Sequence record: NZ_CP023526.1
Direction: 5' to 3' (one strand)
DNA length: 64,000 bases
From: a plasmid
Of the stretch, positions 11,268 to 24,409 are shown piece by piece (the first letter of the stretch is position 1; every line of letters begins with the position of its first letter). Both the position numbers and the translations under genes were made by a program. The notes below the pieces were generated by a model. It had not been told where the DNA came from. It searched no databases and was given only the letters and a program-made list of their open reading frames with translations.

Positions 11268-11603
11268 TTAATGAGTTATAGATTTAGAGAAGAGCTGAAT
11301 AATTATAATACCTGCTGCAATGCACGCCAATCCGATGAGTGCCGGAATGTCGAGTCGTTGTTTATATATCAAAAATGACATTACTGAAACAAGAAATATC
11401 CCCAAGCCGGCCCATATTGCATAAGCAATTCCAATATTCATTACTTTTACAACCTGCGAAAGCCCATAGAACGAAATAGAATAACCGAGAACCACAACAA
11501 CACTGGGTATCAATCTGGTGAATCCATGTGATGCCTTCATCATTGTGGTTGCCAGCGTTTCTGCCGTGATCGAAACAGCGAGAATGATATATATTTTCAA
11601 CAT
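11268..11603 (-). CDS. SMR-family small multidrug efflux protein (EmrE/SugE/QacE-like)
   Basis: 111 aa, 4 TM segments; SHGFTRLIPS...YAIWAGLG aligns with EmrE SEGFTRLWPS...YAIWSGVG. Confidence 0.85.
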   Translation of the reverse strand: MLKIYIILAVSITAETLATTMMKASHGFTRLIPSVVVVLGYSISFYGLSQVVKVMNIGIAYAIWAGLGIFLVSVMSFLIYKQRLDIPALIGLACIAAGIIIIQLFSKSITH

Positions 11604-12054
11604 AAGGACTCTCTTATTTTTAGCCGATTTTAAAAGCGGTATTTTTTGGTCATTCGGTTGAGATCAGCATTATTATTAAGTCATCGGTTCAGACATAATA
11701 AAACCTGTAAAACTGTGCGGCATTTTAATTTAGAGCACCGAGCCAGTTATTAACATATTTAAGAGTAACGTGGCCTTGATACGAATAAACATACTTTCCG
11801 GGAATATAGTTAAACACCATGTAGTATGTCAACACAGACTGTTTTGTATCTGTGGTTATTGGCTGTTTTCAGTATATGTACAGAGCGTGACCGCAGGATC
11901 TTTCCTCTGCAGAGTGGGCGCTTATTCCTTCTTTTCTGTTCTTTGAAATAATGTCCTCCGCCCCCACAGCCAAAGCATCACAGAACCATTAAGGGTGCGA
12001 TTTACCCGAACGGTCTACTCAGTGGGGAACACACAATCACATTCAGTATGATTT

Positions 12055-13335
12055 TTGTACTACGCTTTAGATCATCGCACTAATCTCGAAAATTTTTACT
12101 CCGGGGGCATGGTGTCTTCAGTTCGATTTTTGATGCAGCTATTGCTGTGGTGTGTTCTCTATTTTTTTCTCGGGTACATATCACTTTATCTTGATGATCC
12201 CGTCAGCCAGGTGTCTTTTGTCTGGTTTCCGGCAGGTATTGCCGTCAGTGCTTTCCTGATGACACCTCGTCGTTTCTGGCCGTATTTGTTCCTGAGCCTG
12301 TTTCTCGTTAGAACGTTTCTTGATGTGACAATGCGGCATCCGCTTGAAATATCTCTGATGCACTCTGTTATTTCTTTAAGTACCGATTTATCTGTCGCTT
12401 GGTGCGTACGGCATTTCACTCGACCTCATGACACGTTATACAGCCTGGTAATCTGGTTGTCTGCGACTCTGATAGCCAGTGCCTTTGCAGCAGTGCTCGG
12501 CGGAGGGTGGGTTGTGTTGCACCATGGAGTGGGCTTCGTTCAGACGGTATGGATTTGGTGGTCTGCCAACGTAGTCGGCACTATTCTGTTGACAACTATC
12601 GTGATGGGATTGTTCTTGAGACAAGAGCTAGAAATATCGCATAAATGGTTGATAGGTGGTGCGCTGTGGCTGGTGTTATGCCTGAGTACAATTTATGTTT
12701 TCCATCAGCCTATTGGCGGGCCACGGGGAGAAGCGTTCCTGTTCAGCCTGGCCTGTATTCCCGTCCTGGTGATGATTATGATACCGGTGCTCAGTGGGAA
12801 TCAGATGGGGGCGATGGCATTTCTGAGCTTTTGCATCATCGTGATTTACTATTCATGGCAGCGTAACGGCCCGCTGTTTATACCCGGTTTGCACCCAGGT
12901 GAGCCCCTTTTGCTGGCACAGTGTTATCTGTCAGGCACAGCGCTCCTGCTGAACTTTGTCTATCTGCTCAAGCATCATCAGAGAACCAGTCCTGCATCAT
13001 CCTATTATCTGGATCCCAGAAGTGGACACCTGACCTGGGACCAGAGTTCGCCCAGCAGACTCACTCAACACCTTTCGATGATTAATCACACCGACCAGCT
13101 ATTCTCTCTGATGTCACACGATGACCAACAAATAATGCGTGAACGATGGGCCATTGTGCAAAATGGTGGCGCCATCAAGGGAGCGTTTCGGTTTTTACTG
13201 ATCCTTTCTCCGGGTAACACGTTGCATCTACAAGAAACGAAGCTCATTGCATTACAGCAGCCGGAGGGCGTCGTACTCATTGGCTACTGGGCGGGCGAAT
13301 TTCAGGAGCCCGACTCAATTATCAAGGGGATGTGA
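12055..13335 (+). CDS. MASE1-domain membrane sensor protein with ~130-aa C-terminal non-enzymatic domain
   Basis: The FVWFPAGIAVSAFLM signature and multiple TM helices are typical of MASE1. No GGDEF/EAL/kinase motif. True start may be the internal Met at 12109. Confidence 0.7.
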   Translation: MYYALDHRTNLENFYSGGMVSSVRFLMQLLLWCVLYFFLGYISLYLDDPVSQVSFVWFPAGIAVSAFLMTPRRFWPYLFLSLFLVRTFLDVTMRHPLEISLMHSVISLSTDLSVAWCVRHFTRPHDTLYSLVIWLSATLIASAFAAVLGGGWVVLHHGVGFVQTVWIWWSANVVGTILLTTIVMGLFLRQELEISHKWLIGGALWLVLCLSTIYVFHQPIGGPRGEAFLFSLACIPVLVMIMIPVLSGNQMGAMAFLSFCIIVIYYSWQRNGPLFIPGLHPGEPLLLAQCYLSGTALLLNFVYLLKHHQRTSPASSYYLDPRSGHLTWDQSSPSRLTQHLSMINHTDQLFSLMSHDDQQIMRERWAIVQNGGAIKGAFRFLLILSPGNTLHLQETKLIALQQPEGVVLIGYWAGEFQEPDSIIKGM

Positions 13336-13338
13336 CCA

Positions 13339-14612
13339 ATGCTGCAGGTTGCACTGTTATTGATGGGCATGGCTTTTGTGCGAAAAGCAGCCCCGGCACT
13401 GGGGATTGTGGGTGTACTGTGGGGGGGGCTTGGCATCTCTATCTTCCTGGATGGCATAGAAGGAATGCGCTATTTCCCTTTCCACGTCTTTGGCATTCTG
13501 CTACTGATCGAAAGCCTTGTGACACTGGTTTTAGCCAACAATGCTAAAGGTGCGCAAAAATCAGTATATTATTTCAAAGGTGGAACCTTTTGCTTTATTG
13601 CAATCCTAATCCTTTCCGGGCGTGAAAGCAGCAATCTGCTATTGGCCATTTTGTTCGGTTTCGCTTTTTTCATTACAGGGTTGTTTGTCATGGCTTCAGC
13701 CTGGGTCGTTCGTTACGATCGCTGGCCACAGGTTTTTGTTGGTGGTATTGCGCAACTGGCTTTTTCTCTGTTCCTCTTTTTTCCTTACCCCACCCATCAT
13801 CATGGAACCATTTCACAATTTCTTGGCATGATTATGATTTTAGGCAGCATTCAGTGCCTTCGGCTGGCATTCCGTGCATTCCAGCTACGTGAAGGGTCGA
13901 CCATCTTCAACTTGATGGAACACGCAACGCAACCACCAGCTTCGGAATTTATGCATGACGCTCACCCAGGAGGACCGCTGATTGTTCATATCTGGACCCC
14001 GGAGGGCTCTTCCGAGAATTCGCCCGTCCCACGGCCGGTGATTAATCGCTATATTGCCGCGGTTGATATTGACGGAGTTATTTCAACGGGACATGCCGCA
14101 CTGGAATCGCCACCTGATGTATACATCAGTCTGTATCCTGCTGTGGAGATTGACCGTTCACCCTCGGAATTTTTTCAAACGCTTAAAGCTATTCAGGAAA
14201 ATAACGTGCCCGGTGAATTTAAACCTAGCTATCAACGTGAAGCGGCCGACTGGTGTGATTCCGACTGGAAAATTGTCTTTCATCATTACAATGCCAACGC
14301 CTTACGCCGTTATTGGGAAAGCTACCGCGAGGTCAACACGTATAACCTGACGTGGCGTAACTGTTCCAGCAGCGTTGCCTACGCCCTCGAATCAGCGCTT
14401 GACGGCATCCTTTCCGGCAAGCGTGGATGGCTACATTTCATCCGCTTATTTTTCATGCCGGAGTTATGGATTGCCGCTCAGTTACGAAAACGCGCTACCA
14501 CCATGGCCTGGACACCAGGTCTGATGCTGGACTATGCACGCGCGCTACATGCTCTTGTTCATCCTGCTGAGCACTCGTGGTTGCATCGCTGGAGACAACA
14601 GTTGGATAGAAC

Positions 14613-14616
<4 letters not shown>
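13339..14616 (+). CDS. Membrane protein with HdeD/DUF308-like N-terminal TM repeats and ~250-aa C-terminal domain
   Basis: Gly-rich TM repeats resemble HdeD. Overlaps the next gene by ATGA (operon). Confidence 0.55.
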
Positions 14617-16385
<1,769 letters not shown>

Positions 16386-16457
16386 TGGAGCACCTGTGTT
16401 GTTCTGAGGTGAGCATATCACCTCTATTCAGGTGGCCAAATTCAGTAAACCACTTCA

Positions 16458-16517
16458 GTTGTTCTGAGGTGAGCATATCACCTCTATTCAGGTGGCCAAA
16501 TTCAGTAAACCACTTCA
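16458..16517 (-). repeat. Extra tandem copy of the 60-bp IS911 IRL end
   Basis: 16458-16517 is an exact repeat of 16398-16457 (gttgttctgaggtgagcatatcacctctattcaggtggccaaattcagtaaaccacttca). Confidence 0.85.
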
Positions 16518-16723
16518 ATATGACTGGAGAATATTGCTAAGTGGTTATACGGATCGTTATTGCTACAAGAACAATCTCCTGATAACAGTCTTCCTTTTGA
16601 AGAACTGAAGAAACGTAGCCACCTTACAAGATCTGACGTAACGACTATTGGCCCGACATATTCACTGGATATACGCCGCACCCGTTGAATTGTCTTGAGT
16701 GCTTTTACCCGGGAAAGGAATAA

Positions 16724-17467
16724 ATGATGTGTAAAAACCTTAAGTTTATGCTGGCCTTTATGCTATTCGTTGTTGAAGTTGCACACAGCGCTGATTTTTC
16801 TCTTGGCGTTCAGGGGGGCTATTACGGAACCGCGTATAAAACGCGTCATGCCGATCATTGGGCCCTGCCCTATATCGGTTACAACGGTAAAGATTGGTAC
16901 ATTGATGGCACTGAAGCTGGATATAATTTTATCAATACCGATACTCAACTTTTCCGTGCAAAACTCTATTACTACACTAACCAATATAGTTCTTCCGATG
17001 GTCGCAATTCGGCTATGCGCAGCCTCAATAGTCGCTACAGCACGATGATGGGCGGCTTTACCTGGCAGTATATCTCCCCTGTTGGAGCTTTCAGCACAAC
17101 AGTGGGCGCTGACACGCTGAATAACAGTAAGGGAGTAACATTGAATGTATCCTATATTCTACTGCAGCAGTGGGGGAATTTTACCCTGGTCCCTGAGGTG
17201 GGCGTTGACTGGTCGAATACGCAAAATACACGTTATTATTATGGGATAACAGATAAAGAGTCTGAACGTAGCGGCCTTTCCACCTGGCGCCCAAACGACA
17301 GTTATGTGCCTTACTTACAACTGGCGATGAATTATGCCTGGTCAAACCAATGGAATACTTGGGGAGAAATCACGGGACGATTTTATCCTTCAACCATAAG
17401 CAATAGCCCGATGGTCAATAAACACGACGTTACCGAGCTCACTGTAGGTATTAGCTATACCTTCTGA
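16724..17467 (+). CDS. MipA/OmpV-family outer-membrane protein
   Basis: Signal peptide, then a beta-barrel-like sequence ending ...ISYTF. Aligns with E. coli MipA (RSGLSTWRPNDSYVPYLQLA vs RSGLRGYNPNDSWSPYLELS; SPMVNKHD vs SPMVDKSW). Confidence 0.8.
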   Translation: MMCKNLKFMLAFMLFVVEVAHSADFSLGVQGGYYGTAYKTRHADHWALPYIGYNGKDWYIDGTEAGYNFINTDTQLFRAKLYYYTNQYSSSDGRNSAMRSLNSRYSTMMGGFTWQYISPVGAFSTTVGADTLNNSKGVTLNVSYILLQQWGNFTLVPEVGVDWSNTQNTRYYYGITDKESERSGLSTWRPNDSYVPYLQLAMNYAWSNQWNTWGEITGRFYPSTISNSPMVNKHDVTELTVGISYTF

Positions 17468-17599
17468 GACAAACAACACGTGTTGAGAGTGGGGTAGTAA
17501 ATATCCCCCTTCTCTCTTGGCCTCAATCGGATCCGTTCACATGCTTCTTCATAAGTTTCTGTTGCACTGCCCACATCGTCCCTTCAACATCAGGATATA

Positions 17600-18480
17600 A
17601 ACTGGATTATGTTGTATCTCAGCAGGAAGTTGCACCTGTAAGTATCCCAGCTTTAGTTCCACGTACTTTTTGAGAGTTCCGTTTTTTAGCCACCAGCCGG
17701 TATTCCTCCGGCGTCAGGTTTTTCAGGGATTCATGGGGACGCTCGCTGTGGTATTCATTCAGCCAGCATTCCGTGATTTCCCGGGCTTCATCCAGGGGCC
17801 TGACAGAGAAAAATCCTGGATTACTGTCCGGTAAGTTCGGTTAAAACGTTCGATAAACGCGTTCTGTGTCGATTTGCCCGGCTTGATAAATTCGAGCTGC
17901 GCGCCATGTTTTTCAGCCCATTGTGACGAGTGCCAGTGAGACCAGTTCTGGCCCGTTATCCATTCGCATCTTCAGCGGGTAGCCGCGGCTTGCCACTATT
18001 CTGTCCAGGACCCGGACGGGGGATATTCAGGTCGATTTCTATCGCCGACGCTTCACGATTAAAATCATCCACTATATTGAAGGTCCGAAAGCGCCTGCCG
18101 CAGCCCAGCGGGCGTGCATAAAATCGATAGACCTGTTCTGGTTTTGCGCTTCCGGCGTGGCCAGTGGTGTCAGGTTACACACAGGCAAACGAGGCTTTCC
18201 TTTCCGACAAAAATTCAGCTTTAACCGGCAGTAAACACGGTAAACACGCTTATGGTTCCAGACGCTGCCCTGCCAGCGAAGCAGCTGAAACAGCTTCTTT
18301 AAACCATATTGCGTATAACGTGCTGCCAGCTCAGTCGGTGCCAGAATCACTGGTTCATCCCGGCGAGTGTAAGGCTGGTAAAGATACATGTTCCTGCTCA
18401 GTGATAACAATCTGCATGCCTGACGTAAGCTCATGGCAAACTGCACGGTCAGACAGCTGACCAGATCACGCTTTATCGCT
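17600..18480 (-). pseudogene. IS3-family IS remnant (orfB with frameshifts/stops)
   Basis: ORF 18072-18446 encodes IS3-type OrfB N-terminal region. 17700-17760 encodes a C-terminal ...ECWLNEYHSERPHESLKNLTPEEY motif out of frame. The end resembles the 47060 end (tgtaagYatMcc...tttagttccacg). Confidence 0.6.
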
Positions 18481-18621
18481 GGTTTTAAAGTTTTTCAATA
18501 ACATCTTTCAGGATGCGCCGGGTCATGTTTAACGGAAATGCAGGGGTGAATATCTCAGAAACGGCCATGGCGCCGGGGCGGGAAGGGGCGCCGGCATGCC
18601 GGCGCCCGGACGGAGCAGGTG

Positions 18622-19775
18622 TCAGCCTTTGCCGGTGACGGCCGGTCGGCCGTCGGTGCTACAGGTCACCCGGAGGCGCTGTTGATGTCCCACATTGTCA
18701 CGGATGTTCACTATGCCCGTCAGGTCGTTACTGGTTTGAACAGAAAAGTCACTATCCTTAACCGTCACTGATGCCTGCATAACAGAAATATCCTGGGTGT
18801 TATAATTCAGTCCGTGGCTGAAGGAGAGGAGCGTTATCGGGGTCTTCACTTCCACAAATGTATGGTTCTGAGCGGTTTCCCGGGGAGTGATGGTTAACGC
18901 TTTCCCCTGCACAGGGACGACCCAGGCATTAAAGCGGGTTTCAGGATTGATGGTCTGTTCAGATGAGGCCACGGCGCCCTGGCTGGGGGCCAGTTTACCG
19001 TCTTCTGCCCCTCCGGCGCTGGTGACAGTCAGCCTGATAGGGGAATTATCCTTCAACATGGAATGACGGAGCTGCCAGGCGGTATATTTCCCTGACACCT
19101 TATTTTCATCAACACCTTTTTCACCACGAGCCTCGAGCACAAGATTACCATGGAAGGAAATGTCGGTCTCACCGCCCTTTGTTGCCCCCCCCACGCCGAG
19201 GCGTTGGTATAATCAATCGGCTCCATAACGGTCAGAGCGACAGTCGCCTTTTCTTGGCTGGAGGCATCGCTGCCGTCACCGATGGGGGTGGCACTGTGCT
19301 CCGGCGACAGAAATGCCCCCAGCTTAAACTCCTTCGTGGAGTGCATTACAGACAGACTACTCACATAAAATACCTTTTCCGCCGTACCATCAGCAGAAAC
19401 CGGCGTTTCCCCACCCCCGTTGTCATAAAACCCCAGGGTGTAATCATTTTTACTCAGACTGCAGAACAGCTCATTGCTGGTCCCGTCGTGTATACCGACG
19501 CTACCGGAAAGCGCTTTCTTTGAGGATGTGTCGTAAAGATAAACCTTGTCTTTCCATTCATCGGTGACATCGGTGACATTATTCTTTTCATCGGTCCGGA
19601 TAATTTTAAAGCGAACCCGGACCGGGAGATTATTTTTCTCGTTACCGAAGATTTTTGCCGAGCGGTGTGAGACCGCGTCGGGAAAGTCGACCTCCATTGA
19701 GTTAACAGATATACCGGCAGGGAGTTTGCCGACGACAAGTGAGTCGTCGGTAGTGGATAAGCTATTCATATTCAT
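18622..19775 (-). pseudogene. Frameshifted gene for a ~384-aa hypothetical (possibly Ig-like) protein; frameshift at a G8/C8 homopolymer
   Basis: Two overlapping ORFs (19053-19775 and 18622-19194) meet at the C8 run 19185-19192. No signal peptide. Confidence 0.55.
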
Positions 19776-19831
19776 TCCTTAGATTAATTATAAGTTTAAA
19801 TGCGTCCGACGGCATATTCGCCCCATTATCA

Positions 19832-19842
19832 GGGGGGGGGGG
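19832..19842. repeat. G11 homopolymer tract ~57-67 bp upstream of the 19775 start codon
   Basis: Read directly: aggggggggggg c. Confidence 0.85.
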
Positions 19843-19935
19843 CAAGAAGGAAATTCTGACCATACTGTGAGAAAATTTGCAGAGGGGATATATATCAGTC
19901 TGAAGTGAAATCCGGCAGGTTCTGTCGAAAATACT

Positions 19936-20060
19936 CTACAAAATCGAGGGGAGCCTTATTCCGGACATGGTCAGGCTGCTTATGTATACAACTGCCTCCA
20001 GGCTGAGGTGTCTCCTGTATTTTCCATGCTGCTCTTTTTTAAGCATCCGGTGCAACGCTA
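19936..20060. repeat. ~125-bp dispersed repeat, copy 1 (acaaaatcgaggggagcctta...ttttttaagcatccggtgcaac)
   Basis: Matches 31118-31240 at ~80%. A shorter related stretch (gtcgcttccgcgg...aatgattt) occurs at 20070-20110 and 30478-30520. Confidence 0.6.
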
Positions 20061-21266
20061 TTCCCACAATTGTCGCTTCCGCGGATCCCAATGATTTAAA
20101 TCCGGGTGCAGACTTCGCAATACGTTTAATACCCTGATGGTCCTGTCCCACCAGATTGCTCCGATATTTTATCCGCCTCCCCCTATCAACAAAGGCCAGA
20201 GTTCACAGAGAAATAACAGGTGGTAGCGAGATGTCCCTGAGAATGAACACGGTAATTGTGAACGAACAAAACAACAGATAATCTCCTGGCAAGGTTGGCA
20301 TAAAAGGTTGTTTGCAGCTGTCACACGATATTAAAAATGAAAGCACAATGCAGATAGACGGCGAAGCTCAGAAAATTTATCCACCAGCACCGCAAAGAAC
20401 TTCTCGACTGCATATGCCCCCGGATCCTTCACTCCGTCAAGGTTATCGCAACTGAAGCAGGATGAACCGCCCGCTCTGGCTTTCGTCATTACGCAGGTGT
20501 ATTTTCCGCCCCGGCACGCGCCGCGTCAGCCACATCAGGCAACGGAACTTCTTCACGGTACAGGGCCAGTACGGGCACAAGTACATCAACGATTGTCCTG
20601 TTACCGGAGCCTCGTGAAGGCTTTCCGCTGATATCATGCGGCGGTTTACCTGACTGTCGAATCGATGCATAGTGAGCGGGGATAATCGCGACAAAATCCA
20701 TAGCGGAAGCTCTTCCTGAAGCTATTAGGAATATTTGTATACTGCTGTCGACGACCAGATAAATACGAAGTTAACTTTCACTTTGTAGCTGCATTTTCGG
20801 CAAATAAAGAACAGCTTTTTCATCAATATTTAGGATAATTCTTTTCATTTAAGACCATTCTTGCGCATGCCCATTTTTTCAATAGCACCTTCCTTGATTA
20901 ATTACACTCATCATCTTTATACTCCCCATGCAATGCGCAGAGCATAAAAAACACTGCAAACCACGGAAGGAGAAAACAGTTTGCAATCAAACAGGCCATA
21001 AAAAAATAACTTTTAAATTCAGCCGGATAACGAAAATGTCACTCTGACTTTTCATGAGCTACTGATATTATGGAAGTGACCATTGATGTTAATCATATGG
21101 CAAATCATAATAATCTGGCTTAATTTAAATTCCTTTAACCCCGGCAATGACGATAAAAAGAGCCTGCCTGACATATTTGCCAGCGTGCATTCTCCTCAGC
21201 ATTCTCATTCACCCTTTGTTTAATATCCAGGGCTATGATGAGTGTTAATTTCCCGTATTTAACGTT

Positions 21267-22472
21267 ATGGAAAACTACGTTATGTCGCCAGTAAAATTCA
21301 CCTCCCGCCGCACGGTACTGCTTTGCATCTTCGCGCTGACCATTGCCACTGTTTTACTCGCATTATTTCTGCATAAGCCAGCACAGCCTGCCTACATTAC
21401 GGCCCCGGTGCGACTGGGCAGTATTGAAAATGCCGTACTGACCACCGGCCGGCTGGATGCAGTGGAGCGCGTCAATGTCGGTGCACAGGTTTCCGGCCAG
21501 GTGAAATCACTGAAAGTTAAAGTGGGTGACAATGTGACCAAAGGACAATCTGTCGCCGAAATAGATGATCTGCCCCAGCGTAATGACCTGCGTACTGCAG
21601 AAGCCAGTCTGAGCGAGATTAAGGCCGATATGCTCGCAAAACAGGCGCAGCTTAAACAAGCTGAATCAAAATACAAACGCCAACGCAGGATGCTCAGTGA
21701 AGAGGCCAGCTCTCAGGAAGACTACGAGAATGCGGAAACGACGCTTGCCACCTTGCGGGCGCAAATAAAGTCGCTTAATGCCCGACTTGTACAAGCGCAA
21801 ATCACCGTCGACAAAAAGAAAGTCGATTTGAGCTACACGCGCGTGGTTGCTCCGATGGACGGGATTGTCATTGCGGTTGTCACACAGCAGGGCCAGACCG
21901 TAAATTCCACCCAGAGCGCACCAACCATCATCAAACTTGCCCGCCTTGACGTGATGACCATTAAGGCCCAGGTCTCTGAAGCTGACATCACGCGTGTCAG
22001 ACCGGGCCAGAAAGCCTGGTTCACTATCTTCTCAGAGCCTGAACATCGTTACGATGCCACACTGCGCACCGTTGAGCTGGCACCAGAATCGATAATGAAA
22101 GACGATTCACTGGCCAACAACAGCACTTCATCGGGATCCGGAACGTCAAATGCATCCGTTTATTACAACGCACTCCTCGACGTCCCAAACCCCGGTAATC
22201 GCCTGCGCATTGCCATGACCGCCCAGGTTTCAATGGTGCTAGGCGAAGCAAAAAACACCCTGCTGATACCTGTCCAGGCGGTGCATAAAACAGCGGATAA
22301 AAAATCGCAGGTTCAGGTGCTGACCCCGGACGGACGTACTGAGGCGCGTGAAGTCAAAACGGGGATCTCCAACAATGTTGATGTGCAGATCCTCTCCGGA
22401 CTGAAAGCAGGTGAAATCGTTACGCTGTCTCAGCCAGAGGCCAAATCTGCCGAAGGAGTATTCTTCCTGTGA
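21267..22472 (+). CDS. macA: Periplasmic adaptor (membrane fusion protein), MacA/HlyD-like
   Basis: N-terminal TM anchor, coiled-coil region and lipoyl/beta-barrel-like segments. Directly precedes the macB homologue with a 4-nt overlap. Confidence 0.8.
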   Translation: MENYVMSPVKFTSRRTVLLCIFALTIATVLLALFLHKPAQPAYITAPVRLGSIENAVLTTGRLDAVERVNVGAQVSGQVKSLKVKVGDNVTKGQSVAEIDDLPQRNDLRTAEASLSEIKADMLAKQAQLKQAESKYKRQRRMLSEEASSQEDYENAETTLATLRAQIKSLNARLVQAQITVDKKKVDLSYTRVVAPMDGIVIAVVTQQGQTVNSTQSAPTIIKLARLDVMTIKAQVSEADITRVRPGQKAWFTIFSEPEHRYDATLRTVELAPESIMKDDSLANNSTSSGSGTSNASVYYNALLDVPNPGNRLRIAMTAQVSMVLGEAKNTLLIPVQAVHKTADKKSQVQVLTPDGRTEAREVKTGISNNVDVQILSGLKAGEIVTLSQPEAKSAEGVFFL

Positions 22473-24406
22473 AGGCAGTCATGGAACTAAAAGGTGTCAA
22501 CCGGACCTACTCAAACGGCAATCAGTCCCTCAGCGTACTGAAAGATATCAACCTGACTATCAGGGCCGGCGAAATGGTCGCCATCATCGGGGCTTCCGGC
22601 TCCGGTAAATCAACGCTGATGAATATTATGGGTTGCCTCGATGTACCTGACAGCGGCGACTACGCTATCGGTGGCCAGAATGTAGCGCTGCTGTCTGCTG
22701 ACGCGTTAGCACAAATTCGTCGTGAACACATTGGCTTTATCTTTCAGCGTTATCATCTTATGCCCGACCTCAGCGCACTGGGTAATGTGGAAATCCCGGC
22801 CATTTATGCCAACCGTCCCCGCGACCAGCGCCGATTGCGGGCAGCCCAACTGCTGGCCCGACTGGGCCTGGAAGGGTGGGAGAACCACCGGCCAGGTCAA
22901 CTGTCAGGCGGGCAGCAGCAACGCGTCAGTATTGCCCGATCGCTTATCAACGGCGGGGAGATAATTCTGGCTGACGAACCCACCGGCGCACTCGATTCGC
23001 GATCAGGCCAGGAAGTCCTGGCTATTCTCAGTGAGCTAAACCAGCGCGGTCATACCGTCGTTATCGTTACCCATGATATGAATGTCGCGAAACGTGCCCA
23101 GCGAGTCATTGAACTTCGGGACGGTGAAATCATATCGGACAACGGGCATAACCCCGGCACCGGACAACCGTTTCCACAATCCCCCCGGGTGTCGCAGAAA
23201 GGCTGGCAGACTCTCCTGGATCGCACCCGTGAGTCGCTGCATATGGCGCTGAAATCGATGAATGCTCACCGCCTGCGCACCGCACTGACAATGACCGGTA
23301 TCATTTTTGGGATTGCCGCTGTTGTCACTGTTGTCGCACTGGGTGAAGGCGCCAAACAGCGAACCCTGGAAAACATCAAAGGGCTGGGTACCAATGTGGT
23401 CAGTATTTTCCCGGGTAGCGATTTCTTCGATGATGCCGCCGACAAAATCCGCACACTGGTCCCTGCCGACGCGGATGCCCTCGCACAGCAGAATTTTATC
23501 GAAAGCGTCACGCCGGAGATCTACGCTCAGGACACTATACGCTTTCGCGGAAAGTCGGCCCCAGCCACCGTCAACGGCGTCGGACGGGACTATTTTCACG
23601 TAAACGGCATCACAATTATTCAGGGAGCTACGTTTCGCGATGACCGTCATGCCCTCCAGGAAGTCATTATCAATGATAACGCCGTACACTCCCTTTTTGG
23701 CGATCCGGGTGCCGATGCGCTGGGCCAGATTGTGTTTCTCGGATCCGTTCCGGCCCGGGTGATTGGTGTAGCAAAAAGTAACCGTGATTATCCTCCTAAC
23801 CGAATAGCAGTCTGGATGCCCTGGAGTACCGTCATGTACCGCATGGCGGGAAAATCAACGTTAAGCAGCATCAGCGTTCGTCTGCGGGACGACGTCACCA
23901 ATGAAGCCGCAATAAGCGCCATTACGCAGTTGCTTATTCAGCGTCATGGGGTAAAAGATTTTATGCTGTTCAACCGTGACCAGTTTCGAAAATCGGTCGA
24001 ACACACATCCATGACACTCAGCCTGCTAATCCTGATGGTCGCTTCAATCTCCCTGATTATTGGTAGCCTTGGGGTTATGAATATCATGTTGGTTTCTGTA
24101 ACGGAACGCACCCACGAGATTGGCGTCCGCATGGCGGTGGGTGCGAGACGAAGCGATATTATGCAGCAGTTTATGACAGAGGCCGTGCTGGTCTGTCTGA
24201 CCGGCGGTGCACTGGGCATTGCCCTGTCATTCGCCACTGGGCCACTGTTCTCTCTGATGGCGGGCAACATGCTCAACGCCATCTGGTCCTGGCAGGCAGC
24301 CACCATTGCATTTTTCTGTTCAACGTTAATCGGCATGGTTTTCGGCTATCTCCCTGCCCGTAAAGCGGCCAGGATGGATCCCGTCGTTTCACTGGCCAGT
24401 GAGTAA
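22469..24406 (+). CDS. macB: MacB-like ABC transporter, fused ATPase + FtsX-type permease
   Basis: Walker A GASGSGKST, signature LSGGQQQRVSIAR, Walker B ILADEPTGALD, and a C-terminal 4-TM FtsX domain. Roughly 60-65% identical by eye to E. coli MacB. Probable true start is the ATG at 22481 (MELKGV...). Confidence 0.9.
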   Translation: MKAVMELKGVNRTYSNGNQSLSVLKDINLTIRAGEMVAIIGASGSGKSTLMNIMGCLDVPDSGDYAIGGQNVALLSADALAQIRREHIGFIFQRYHLMPDLSALGNVEIPAIYANRPRDQRRLRAAQLLARLGLEGWENHRPGQLSGGQQQRVSIARSLINGGEIILADEPTGALDSRSGQEVLAILSELNQRGHTVVIVTHDMNVAKRAQRVIELRDGEIISDNGHNPGTGQPFPQSPRVSQKGWQTLLDRTRESLHMALKSMNAHRLRTALTMTGIIFGIAAVVTVVALGEGAKQRTLENIKGLGTNVVSIFPGSDFFDDAADKIRTLVPADADALAQQNFIESVTPEIYAQDTIRFRGKSAPATVNGVGRDYFHVNGITIIQGATFRDDRHALQEVIINDNAVHSLFGDPGADALGQIVFLGSVPARVIGVAKSNRDYPPNRIAVWMPWSTVMYRMAGKSTLSSISVRLRDDVTNEAAISAITQLLIQRHGVKDFMLFNRDQFRKSVEHTSMTLSLLILMVASISLIIGSLGVMNIMLVSVTERTHEIGVRMAVGARRSDIMQQFMTEAVLVCLTGGALGIALSFATGPLFSLMAGNMLNAIWSWQAATIAFFCSTLIGMVFGYLPARKAARMDPVVSLASE

Positions 24407-24409
24407 ATA

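Noticed and set aside
23036-23689. 217-aa - strand ORF inside macB
   Set aside because: Antisense to a gene with unambiguous Walker/ABC-signature motifs.
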